Translations under genes and position numbers: made by a program
The notes under the pieces: generated by a model
What the model saw: the letters and a program-made list of their open reading frames with translations, nothing else
Told to the model about the DNA's origin: nothing
Databases searched by the model: none
Part shown: positions 55,983 through 64,000 of the stretch, one piece after another
Numbering within the stretch: the stretch's first letter is position 1
Layout: each line of letters begins with the position of its first letter
Source: Bacteroidota bacterium
Lineage (GTDB): Bacteria > Bacteroidota > Bacteroidia > AKYH767-A > OLB10
Assembly (NCBI GenBank): GCA_029547265.1
Contig: JAKPPP010000332.1
Coordinates: forward strand, 2,090-66,089
Direction: 5' to 3'
Length of the DNA: 64,000 nucleotides

Positions 55983-56588
55983 ATGTTTCTTGAGCAAACC
56001 CGTAAAAATCTTCCTAAAAAGGGATGGATTGAAGTAATAGCCGGCAGTATGTTTTCCGGCAAAACAGAGGAATTGATCCGACGATTGAAAAGAGCAAAGA
56101 TCGCTAAACAACAAGTCGAGATTTTTAAACCAGGAATCGATCAGCGTTATGATGAAACAAATATTGTTTCGCATGATTCAAACTGGATTCAAAGTACTCC
56201 CGTGCCTTCTTCGTCTAATATTTTGTTACTTGGACATGAAGTAGATGTTATTGGTATAGATGAGGCTCAATTTTTTGATGATAACCTTCCTGCCGTGTGC
56301 GAACAATTAGCAAATAACGGTACACGTGTAATCATTGCCGGACTAGATATGGATTACCTTGGTAAACCATTCGGTCCTATGCCTCATTTGCTCGCAGTGG
56401 CCGATTATATTACTAAGGTTCATGCTATCTGTATGCATTGTGGTGATCTTGCAACGCATTCTCATCGTACTGTTGAGGATGATGCTTTAGTTTTGCTTGG
56501 GGAAAAGGAAAGTTATATTCCTCTTTGTCGTTCATGTTTTGTAAAACAAACAAAAAATAATTCTGTGAATTCTCAACATCACGCTTAG
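55983..56588 (+). CDS. tdk: Thymidine kinase
   Basis: [21 protein letters not shown] (P-loop), IGIDEAQFF, and the zinc ribbon C..C...C..C (ICMHCG...PLCRSC). Confidence 0.9.
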   Translation: MFLEQTRKNLPKKGWIEVIAGSMFSGKTEELIRRLKRAKIAKQQVEIFKPGIDQRYDETNIVSHDSNWIQSTPVPSSSNILLLGHEVDVIGIDEAQFFDDNLPAVCEQLANNGTRVIIAGLDMDYLGKPFGPMPHLLAVADYITKVHAICMHCGDLATHSHRTVEDDALVLLGEKESYIPLCRSCFVKQTKNNSVNSQHHA

Positions 56589-56611
56589 TGGTGTAGATTG
56601 TTCTAATAACC

Positions 56612-59107
56612 ATGTCACACCCTGTATATCAACTTCAGGAATTAGCAGGCGTAGTAGGTGCAGCTTTTAAAGCAGGCGATTTCGATCACGCCTCTATTTC
56701 GTTTTTAATTACGGATAGCAGGAAAGTTGTTAGTCCAGAATTGTCGCTGTTTTTCGCAATTAAAGGCGAACGACGCGATGGTCATGATTTTATTCCTGAT
56801 TTATATGCTTCAGGTGTAAGAAATTTTGTTGTTTCTGATCCTGATGTAGTTCAGTATTTTTCAGATGCAAATTTTATTGTTGTCCCCGACCCTTTAAAGG
56901 TCATGCAACAATTGGCTACTTGGCATCGAAATAAGTTTCATATTCCCGTTATCGGCATCACTGGTTCTAATGGAAAAACTATTGTTAAAGAGTGGTTGTT
57001 CCAATTGCTGCGTGAAGATTATTCAATAGTTCGTAGTCCGAAAAGTTATAATTCACAAATTGGTGTTCCTCTTTCTGTTTGGCAAATTGAAGAAGGGAAT
57101 ACTTTGGGCATCTTTGAAGCGGGTATCTCGCAACCTGATGAGATGATGCAGTTGGGTTCTTTGATTCAACCAACTATCGGAGTGTTTACTAATATTGGTT
57201 CTGCTCACGATGAGAATTTCGATAATTCTGATTCGAAAATCAGAGAGAAACTAAAGTTGTTTATTCATACTAGTAAACTTATTTATTGCAAAGATTATTC
57301 AGGTCTTCATGAGCAAATAGCCGGAAGCACTATTCTTCCAACCACCTGCTCTTTGTTTACTTGGTCGAAACGCTTGAAAGCAGATTTGCAAATAGGTCGA
57401 ATTACTAAGCATGAGCATGAAACAGAAATTCAAGGTATCTATAAGAATGATTTTATAAGTATACGAATTCCTTTTTCGGATGAAGCTTCTATCGAAAATG
57501 CTATTCATTGCTGGGCAGTAATGCTGTTTTTGAATCATTCAAATGAGGTAATTTCTCAACGCATGGAATTCCTTAGTCCGGTGGCTATGCGCCTCGAAAT
57601 GAAAGAGGGAATTAATAATTGCTCAATCATTAATGACTCGTATAATTCTGATCTTGGTTCACTAACAATCGCGCTCGATTTTATGAATCAACAGAAACAA
57701 CATAGTAAGCGAACTATTATTTTAAGCGATATTCTTCAGAGTGGAAAAAATGAAGCTGATCTCTATAGAGAAGTTGCAGCTTTGTTGAAGAAGAAAAATA
57801 TTTCACGCCTCATTGGAGTTGGTGCGGCTATAAATAGACAAGCTGCTTCTTTCGATATTGAAAAGGTATTTTATTCTACTACCGAAGATTTTTTACGTGA
57901 CTTAAATTATAATTCATTTAATAGTGAAACAGTTTTAATCAAAGGAGCTCGTTCTTTTGGCTTCGAAAGAATAAGTAAGTCGCTTCAACAAAAAGCTCAT
58001 GAAACTATTCTCGAAATTAATCTGAATGCAGTAGTCCATAATTTAAATTTATTTAGATCTCGCCTAAAACCTGAAACTAAGTTGATGGTAATGGTAAAGG
58101 CTTTTTCTTATGGTAGCGGAAGTTTCGAAATAGCTAATATTCTTCAATTTCATCGTGTCGATTATCTCGCTGTAGCTTACGCCGATGAAGGTGTAGAACT
58201 TCGTAAATCCGGAATTACTTTGCCTATAATGGTAATGAATCCAGAGGAACAAAGCTTCGATGCGATGATTAGCTATAAACTTGAACCCGATATTTATAGC
58301 TTCCGAATTTTAAATCAATTTACGGAAGCATTGAAACGTAGAGCAAACGAGAATAATATTTCTAAATTCCCGGTTCATATCGAATTTGATACCGGTATGC
58401 ACCGCCTAGGATTCGATGAAAGTGATTTGAACGAATTGATAATTCGACTTAAAAATAATAAGTACATCCGAATCGCTTCCGTGTTTTCTCATTTAGTTGC
58501 TAGCGATGAACAAGTGCATGATTCTTATACAAAAGATCAAGTTGCTTCGTTTAATAAAATGAGTTCTACTTTGCAATCGCACTTTACTTATCCAATACTT
58601 CGTCATATTCTTAATTCTTCAGGTATATTACGTTTCCCTGAAGCACAGTTTGATATGGTTCGATTAGGAATCGGATTGCATGGAATTGCTTCTACTCCTA
58701 ATGATCAACGCCAGTTACAAATGGTAGCTACTTTGAAAACTACTATTTCTCAATTGAAACATATTAAAGCAGGAGATACTATTGGTTATAGTAGAAGAGG
58801 TGTAGCTGCAAAAGATATGACTATAGCTACTGTTGGTATCGGTTATGCAGATGGACTAAATCGCCGCCTGGGGAATGGAGTAGGGAAGATGCTTGTAGCC
58901 GGTGAATTGGTTCCTGTTGTAGGTAGCATTTGCATGGATATGACTATGATTGACGTTTCCGGTTTGCAAGTGAGAGAAGGAACTGAGGTGGTTGTGTTCG
59001 GACAAGATTATTCTATCTTAGATATCGCTGCTGCTATCGAAACTATTCCTTATGAAGTTTTAACAGGAGTGTCCGAGAGAGTTAAACGTATTTATTTCCA
59101 CGAATAA
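56612..59107 (+). CDS. murF/alr: Bifunctional UDP-N-acetylmuramoyl-tripeptide--D-alanyl-D-alanine ligase (MurF) / alanine racemase (Alr) fusion
   Basis: The N-terminal half has Mur ligase features (ITGSNGKTIVKEW...NDSYNSD). The C-terminal half has the Alr PLP site (MVMVKAFSYGSG) and the C-terminal beta domain (GYSRRG...IGYADG...VVGSICMDM). Confidence 0.85.
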   Translation: MSHPVYQLQELAGVVGAAFKAGDFDHASISFLITDSRKVVSPELSLFFAIKGERRDGHDFIPDLYASGVRNFVVSDPDVVQYFSDANFIVVPDPLKVMQQLATWHRNKFHIPVIGITGSNGKTIVKEWLFQLLREDYSIVRSPKSYNSQIGVPLSVWQIEEGNTLGIFEAGISQPDEMMQLGSLIQPTIGVFTNIGSAHDENFDNSDSKIREKLKLFIHTSKLIYCKDYSGLHEQIAGSTILPTTCSLFTWSKRLKADLQIGRITKHEHETEIQGIYKNDFISIRIPFSDEASIENAIHCWAVMLFLNHSNEVISQRMEFLSPVAMRLEMKEGINNCSIINDSYNSDLGSLTIALDFMNQQKQHSKRTIILSDILQSGKNEADLYREVAALLKKKNISRLIGVGAAINRQAASFDIEKVFYSTTEDFLRDLNYNSFNSETVLIKGARSFGFERISKSLQQKAHETILEINLNAVVHNLNLFRSRLKPETKLMVMVKAFSYGSGSFEIANILQFHRVDYLAVAYADEGVELRKSGITLPIMVMNPEEQSFDAMISYKLEPDIYSFRILNQFTEALKRRANENNISKFPVHIEFDTGMHRLGFDESDLNELIIRLKNNKYIRIASVFSHLVASDEQVHDSYTKDQVASFNKMSSTLQSHFTYPILRHILNSSGILRFPEAQFDMVRLGIGLHGIASTPNDQRQLQMVATLKTTISQLKHIKAGDTIGYSRRGVAAKDMTIATVGIGYADGLNRRLGNGVGKMLVAGELVPVVGSICMDMTMIDVSGLQVREGTEVVVFGQDYSILDIAAAIETIPYEVLTGVSERVKRIYFHE

Positions 59108-59111
59108 TATT

Positions 59112-60257
59112 TTGAAGAAGGAATTCTTGTCCGGTCATGAGGTTTCGCTGGTACATAGCGGAAAAGAATTTTTTGATTTACTCGTGAAATTAATTGATGC
59201 TACTCATTCATCAATTCACTTCCAAACTTATATTTTCGATGATGACATTACCGGTAATTTAATTGCTGATGCTTTAAAGCGCGCGTCTTTACGGGGAGTT
59301 AAAATCCAATTAATTGTAGATGGTGTCGGTTCGTATAGCCTTAGCCGTGAGTTTATTGATAGACTGAAATCTGTTGGGATTGACTTTCGATTTTTTTCTA
59401 AATTACCTTGGCAGGGAATCACTCAAGCAGGTCGACGATTACATCATAAAGTGGTTGTGTTTGATCAATCGTCAACTCTTATAGGAGGCATTAATATTGC
59501 AAACAAGTATAATGATGTCGATGGTAAAGCTTGGCTAGATTATGCTTTGCTTGTAAAAGGACCAATCGTTCGTCAAGCTGAAATTATTTGCCAACAAATT
59601 AATCGCCGTAGGTTTTATAAATTTCCGAAAGAGAAATTGCAAAATCATGTGAGTGGTGGAGTGAAAGTGCGTTTAATGCAGAACGATTGGTTTCGTAGAA
59701 AAAATGAAATTTCTTCCGCATATAAAACAAATCTTAAAGAGGCAGAAGAAGAAATAATTATCGTTGCAAGCTATTTTATTCCTTCTCCTCGTCTTTTGAG
59801 AATATTGTTAGTAGCAGCAAATAAGGGACGAGCTATAAAAATTGTCCTGTCAGGTCAAAGTGATGTTGCTTTAATGCGGGCTGCTATGTACTATTTGTAC
59901 AGAAAGTTACTTATAAATAAGGTTAGGATTTTCGAATACAAAGCTTCTGTTTTGCATGCTAAAGTTTGCATTATTGATAGAAAAACAGTTTCAGTAGGTT
60001 CGTTTAATATTAATCACCTAAGTGAGTTTCTTAGTGTAGAAATGAATGTTGATGTGCTCGATAATAGTTTTGCCCAACATTTTGCCAACGAACTAAATTT
60101 GTTAATGCAGAATGATTGCGACGAAATTTTGTTGCAGGATTTTGCAAGACGACATACTCTTCTGCGCCAATTCTCAACTTTTATTTCTTTTAAACTTATT
60201 AGTTGGTCAATGCGGCTTCTTTCGCTTTTCTATAAAGGTGATAGCCGAAAGAAATAA
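59112..60257 (+). CDS. Phospholipase D-family protein (cardiolipin/phosphatidylserine synthase-like)
   Basis: Two HKD motifs: HHKVVVFD...GGINI and LHAKVCIID...GSFNIN. TTG start codon. It has a hydrophobic C-terminal segment. Confidence 0.75.
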   Translation: MKKEFLSGHEVSLVHSGKEFFDLLVKLIDATHSSIHFQTYIFDDDITGNLIADALKRASLRGVKIQLIVDGVGSYSLSREFIDRLKSVGIDFRFFSKLPWQGITQAGRRLHHKVVVFDQSSTLIGGINIANKYNDVDGKAWLDYALLVKGPIVRQAEIICQQINRRRFYKFPKEKLQNHVSGGVKVRLMQNDWFRRKNEISSAYKTNLKEAEEEIIIVASYFIPSPRLLRILLVAANKGRAIKIVLSGQSDVALMRAAMYYLYRKLLINKVRIFEYKASVLHAKVCIIDRKTVSVGSFNINHLSEFLSVEMNVDVLDNSFAQHFANELNLLMQNDCDEILLQDFARRHTLLRQFSTFISFKLISWSMRLLSLFYKGDSRKK

Positions 60258-60262
60258 TACAC

Positions 60263-61639
60263 TTAACTGAATAGTTGCTCAAATACTTCTTCTACTTTTC
60301 CTACACCAATTACTTGTATTCCGTTTTCTTGTTTTAGTTCAAGCCCTTGAAGATTATATCGGGAAACAAAAATTTTCTTGAATCCTAATCGCGCTGCTTC
60401 TCTTATTCGCGGTTCAATTCTATTTACCGGTCGAATTTCTCCTGTCAAACCTACTTCTCCCGCAAAACATACAAACGGATCTATCGGTAAGTCTTCCGAT
60501 GATGATAGTATCGAACAAATAATAGCTAAATCAATTGCAGGATCTTCTACTCTAATACCTCCGGCAATATTTAAAAATACATCTTTTATTCCAAGCTTAA
60601 ACCCACACCTTTTTTCAAGCACAGCAAGTAAAATATGTAATCTTCGTAAATCGAATCCTGTTGTGGTTCTTTGAGGAGTTCCATATACTGCACTGCTTAC
60701 TAAGGCTTGCGTTTCTATTAAAAATGGACGAACGCCTTCTAATGTACAAGCAACTGCTGTGCCGCTTAGTAATGCATCTCTTTGCGATAATAATAGTTGT
60801 GAAGGATTCGCTACTTCTACTAGTCCTGCTCCTTGCATTTCGTAAATTCCTAATTCTGCTGTTGACCCAAATCGATTTTTTGCTGCTCTCACAATTCTGT
60901 AAACATGATGTCTATCACCTTCGAATTGTAAAACAGTATCTACCATGTGTTCCAAAACCTTCGGACCTGCAATCGTTCCGTCTTTGGTGATATGACCTAT
61001 TAGTAATACAGGCGTTGCAGTCTCTTTTGCAAAGCGTAAAAGTTCTCCTGCACATCCTCTTATTTGTGATACTGTTCCGGGTGCCGATTCATATGTCGCC
61101 GAGTATAAAGTCTGTATCGAATCAACAATTACTATCTGTGGTTGAAGCGCTTCAATTTGTTTGAATATTTGTTGTGTTGATGTCTCCGTTAAAATGTAAC
61201 ATTCACTTTGTAGCTTGCCGATTCGCTCAGCTCGCATTCTTACTTGTTGTTCGCTTTCTTCACCGGAGATGTAAAGGATTTTTTTGTCTTTTAAATTAAT
61301 TGCTAATTGTAAAAGCAACGTCGATTTACCGATTCCCGGTTCTCCTCCTAATAGTGTTAATGATCCGGGTACTAATCCTCCGCCTAATACTCTGTTTAGT
61401 TCTTGGTCGGGAAGTACTATCCTCGGACTAGATTCCAATGCAATATCGCTGATCAATCGAGGACGAGAGGCTTTCGTCTCTCTAGGACTCTCTGTCTTCC
61501 ATTTATTATGCTCATTCGCTGGTTGAATTACTTCTTCAACATAGGTGTTCCATTCGTTGCACGAAGGACATTTTCCAATCCATTTTGGAGATTGAGCGCC
61601 GCACGACTGACAGTAAAAAACTGTTTTTGTTTTTGCCAT
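60263..61639 (-). CDS. radA: DNA repair protein RadA
   Basis: Zinc finger CQSCG...CPSC, Walker A GGEPGIGKST, KNRFG motif and a Lon-like C-terminal domain. ATG 61639 is preferred over the TTG at 61645. Confidence 0.95.
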   Translation of the reverse strand: MAKTKTVFYCQSCGAQSPKWIGKCPSCNEWNTYVEEVIQPANEHNKWKTESPRETKASRPRLISDIALESSPRIVLPDQELNRVLGGGLVPGSLTLLGGEPGIGKSTLLLQLAINLKDKKILYISGEESEQQVRMRAERIGKLQSECYILTETSTQQIFKQIEALQPQIVIVDSIQTLYSATYESAPGTVSQIRGCAGELLRFAKETATPVLLIGHITKDGTIAGPKVLEHMVDTVLQFEGDRHHVYRIVRAAKNRFGSTAELGIYEMQGAGLVEVANPSQLLLSQRDALLSGTAVACTLEGVRPFLIETQALVSSAVYGTPQRTTTGFDLRRLHILLAVLEKRCGFKLGIKDVFLNIAGGIRVEDPAIDLAIICSILSSSEDLPIDPFVCFAGEVGLTGEIRPVNRIEPRIREAARLGFKKIFVSRYNLQGLELKQENGIQVIGVGKVEEVFEQLFS

Positions 61640-61737
61640 ATGCAAAGGAAGCTATTTATTTTTATTTCTACGAGCAAACTTATTAACGGATAGGCCATTC
61701 TCGTTAAACATTTTTATTTTAGCTGAAAATTATTCCA

Positions 61738-62232
61738 ATGCTTACCATCCGTCAGGCTACTGTAAATGATATGGGAATTGTTGCTGATATCTACAATGAT
61801 GCAATATTGAATACTACAGCAACTTTTGATACCGAAATTAAAACACTCGAAAACAGAATTCAATGGCTGAATCAACATTCTGCTATGAACCCTGTGATAG
61901 TAGGAGAACTGGATGGTATTGTTGTTGGTTGGGCTTCATTGAGTAAATGGAGCGACCGCTGCGCCTATGATACTACTGCCGAAGTCTCGGTTTATGTACA
62001 TAAAGATTTTCGTGATCGTGGCATAGGAAGAAAATTATTGGAGGTTATTACCCTCGAGGGAGAAAAAGCCGGTCTACATACCATTTTGTCGAGAATTACG
62101 CAGGGGAATGAGAAAAGTATTCACCTTCACGAAATATTCGGATATGAACATGTCGGAGTGCTAAGGGAAGTCGGAATGAAATTCGGACAATTCCTCGATG
62201 TACATATGATGCAAAAAGTGTTTGCTAAATAG
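61738..62232 (+). CDS. GNAT-family N-acetyltransferase (phosphinothricin acetyltransferase-like)
   Basis: IRQATVNDMGIVADIYNDAILNTTATFDTE...VYVHKDFRDRGIGRKLL is typical of PAT-like GNAT enzymes. Confidence 0.75.
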   Translation: MLTIRQATVNDMGIVADIYNDAILNTTATFDTEIKTLENRIQWLNQHSAMNPVIVGELDGIVVGWASLSKWSDRCAYDTTAEVSVYVHKDFRDRGIGRKLLEVITLEGEKAGLHTILSRITQGNEKSIHLHEIFGYEHVGVLREVGMKFGQFLDVHMMQKVFAK

Positions 62233-63286
62233 CAACAACCGGATCAATTCCAAGTCCCGGCGTTTCGTGTTGTACAATCATTCCGTTTTTATAGTTTACA
62301 CCCGAAAACGGATCATTAGCGATTAATAAAGGCCCATCTAAATCTACCCAGTCAGCCCAACCCGATAGTTCTGATGCAGCCGCTGCACCACAACTGCTTT
62401 CCGACATACAACCAATAAGGACTTTTTTGCCTGAACGCTTGGCTATTCGCATCAACTCTTTTGCCGATGCAAGCCCTCCGCATTTCACTAGTTTAATGTT
62501 GATACCATCGCAATAAGGAGCTAAATCCATTAAGTCACTTAGCTTTTGTATCGATTCATCAAGAATGATCGGAAGTTTTATTAATGATCGCAATTCATTC
62601 AATTGTTGATTCATCGCAACTGGTAATGGTTGTTCAACGAATAAGCATCCTTGCTCTGCTAATAAGTTGATTTCTTTCGCAGCTTCTTCTATACTATGCC
62701 ATCCTTGGTTTGCATCAACACAGAACGACGCATTTGTTGCTTGTTTAAAGGCTAATATTCGCTCTCTGTCGTTGTCTCCTCCTAGTTTATGCTTAAATAA
62801 TGTGAAGCCTTCTGCCTCTTTTATTTTTTCAAACATCTCGTCAACGCTACTAATGCCTAAAGTGAAACTGCAGCGTACATCTTTTGCATCGGGAATCTCA
62901 AGTAGTTTTCGTACAGGCATACCCGTTAGTCGACCACATAAATCATGTATTGCTATATCGGTTGCACATCGAATAGGAGAAGGAATAGAAAGATTGCTGT
63001 TTATTATCATCCTTAATACCGTTTGGATTCCGTCCATTCCCGAAGGAATACTGCTGAAATATTCTCCAAAGGAATTGCAAAGTATATTTACATCATAGCC
63101 TAAATATGGTGGCAATGCCGCTTCTCCATAGCCGGTAACGCCATTTAGCGTTGCTTTAACAAGTAATGTGTCTGTTGTATTGCGTGTCCCGTGAGCGATG
63201 CCGAAAGCATGTCGGAACTTTAAAATATAGGCGGAAGATGATAAACTGAGTTGCACAGCGTAAATATCAGCTTTTTTTGAATTCAC
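62225..63286 (-). CDS. Dipeptide epimerase (enolase superfamily, L-Ala-D/L-Glu epimerase-like)
   Basis: The organisation is of the MR/MLE type: FCVDANQGW, LFVEQPL, ILDES, IKLVKCGG, and MSESSCG in place of the usual catalytic Lys context. Confidence 0.7.
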   Translation of the reverse strand: MNSKKADIYAVQLSLSSSAYILKFRHAFGIAHGTRNTTDTLLVKATLNGVTGYGEAALPPYLGYDVNILCNSFGEYFSSIPSGMDGIQTVLRMIINSNLSIPSPIRCATDIAIHDLCGRLTGMPVRKLLEIPDAKDVRCSFTLGISSVDEMFEKIKEAEGFTLFKHKLGGDNDRERILAFKQATNASFCVDANQGWHSIEEAAKEINLLAEQGCLFVEQPLPVAMNQQLNELRSLIKLPIILDESIQKLSDLMDLAPYCDGINIKLVKCGGLASAKELMRIAKRSGKKVLIGCMSESSCGAAAASELSGWADWVDLDGPLLIANDPFSGVNYKNGMIVQHETPGLGIDPVVAI

Positions 63287-63338
63287 AAATCAAAACAATA
63301 TCCTCTTTTATCTGTTTTCATTACTTTCACCTCGTAAA

Positions 63339-64000
63339 ATGAACCTCAGTCAGCTAAAATCAGGTAAATGGATAGTGCCGGCATTATTTGTAATGCTGCA
63401 CATTCTCTTTTATTTGTTTGCAATCAACAACGGACACCCATTCACAAAAGATTCTTCAGAATATCTTTGGCAATCGTTCAATATAGCCGATCATTCGTCG
63501 TTTTATTGTGGCGATTTAAATGCCCCAATTGTTGAAGCTTGGTTCAATCAAAGACCTCCCGGTTATGGGTTGTTTTTATCGGTTTTAGGAATAAATCAAA
63601 TTCATTTCAATTATAGTTTATTGCTGGCCGTACAACTTTTATTGAGTATGTTAAATGGAGTAGTTGTTTATCGATTTGTAAGATTGTTGGCTGGAGATGG
63701 TTTTTCTTTATGGTTGTTGTTAATTCCTCTTATCGGATTCCCTACTCAATTTGTTTATTCAGGAATGGTAATGTCGGAAATCTTATTTCAATCATTGTTG
63801 TTGCTCTCGGTTTATTTCATTGCTATTTTGCTTAAGAAAGGTGAAATGCAATTTCTTTGGTGGTCACAATGGTGTATCACTGCTTCATTCTTAGTAAAGC
63901 CCGTGGCGTGGATGTTTCCATTCGTAGCCTTCGTCAGTTTTTTAATTTATTGGTTTAATAAAAAAGTGAAGTTAATGGCCATTGTTACTTTTGCAATTCC
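63339..64000 (+). CDS. Polytopic membrane protein, probable GT-C (ArnT/PMT-like) glycosyltransferase, 5' fragment continuing beyond the window
   Basis: Hand translation from ATG 63339 gives 220 codons with no stop (MNLSQLKSGKWIVPALFVMLHILFYLF...). It contains several TM helices and an extracytoplasmic loop with DSSEYLW...NQRPPGYGLFL, reminiscent of the first loop of GT-C enzymes. Confidence 0.45.
   Translation, partial: MNLSQLKSGKWIVPALFVMLHILFYLFAINNGHPFTKDSSEYLWQSFNIADHSSFYCGDLNAPIVEAWFNQRPPGYGLFLSVLGINQIHFNYSLLLAVQLLLSMLNGVVVYRFVRLLAGDGFSLWLLLIPLIGFPTQFVYSGMVMSEILFQSLLLLSVYFIAILLKKGEMQFLWWSQWCITASFLVKPVAWMFPFVAFVSFLIYWFNKKVKLMAIVTFAI

Noticed and set aside
59112-60257. The PLD-family protein as a defence nuclease (Nuc/BfiI-like) next to radA.
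   Set aside because: It has two HKD motifs with the spacing and length typical of cardiolipin/phosphatidylserine synthase-like enzymes, plus a hydrophobic tail. No associated defence genes are present.
1-64000. CRISPR arrays, rRNA genes, IS elements or long nucleotide-level repeats.
   Set aside because: Reading both strands, I saw no short direct repeats regularly spaced by unique spacers, no transposase- or integrase-like ORFs and no rRNA-like sequence. The only repeats found are protein-level domain duplications.

Overview
Dense, mostly housekeeping chromosomal segment, about 55 protein genes and one tRNA, that looks like a low-GC member of the Bacteroidota, probably Flavobacteriia-like. 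The taxon call is low confidence. It rests on several T9SS C-terminal sorting domains, TAnnTTTG-type promoter boxes, a MurF-Alr fusion, TonB-dependent receptors with carboxypeptidase-regulatory-like N-termini, and the absence of Shine-Dalgarno spacing. Recognisable core genes are hflX, comF, ridA, dprA, kbl, ruvB, queG, ubiX, tdk, murF/alr, radA, mce and a tryptophan 2,3-dioxygenase. There are also two ABC systems, two TonB-dependent receptor loci and a FIST/PAS-kinase/response-regulator cluster. No CRISPR array, transposase, integrase or rRNA was seen. The stand-out feature is an orphan reverse transcriptase gene (6683-8005, minus). It has all the RT palm motifs, but motif C reads YIDN instead of YxDD, and it carries a helical-repeat C-terminus. 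It sits 5 nt behind an unusual signal-peptide/CxxCH/DoxX fusion gene, and its stop overlaps the ridA stop, so there is no adjacent non-coding space for a retron- or DRT2-style ncRNA. By exclusion it looks like a UG/Abi (defence-associated) RT, possibly of an undescribed type. A second accessory pocket (42241-48884) is a tandem duplication of a two-gene module: a small secreted Cys-containing protein plus a Cys-rich T9SS cargo protein. All functional calls come from reading translated motifs by eye; no database search was possible.
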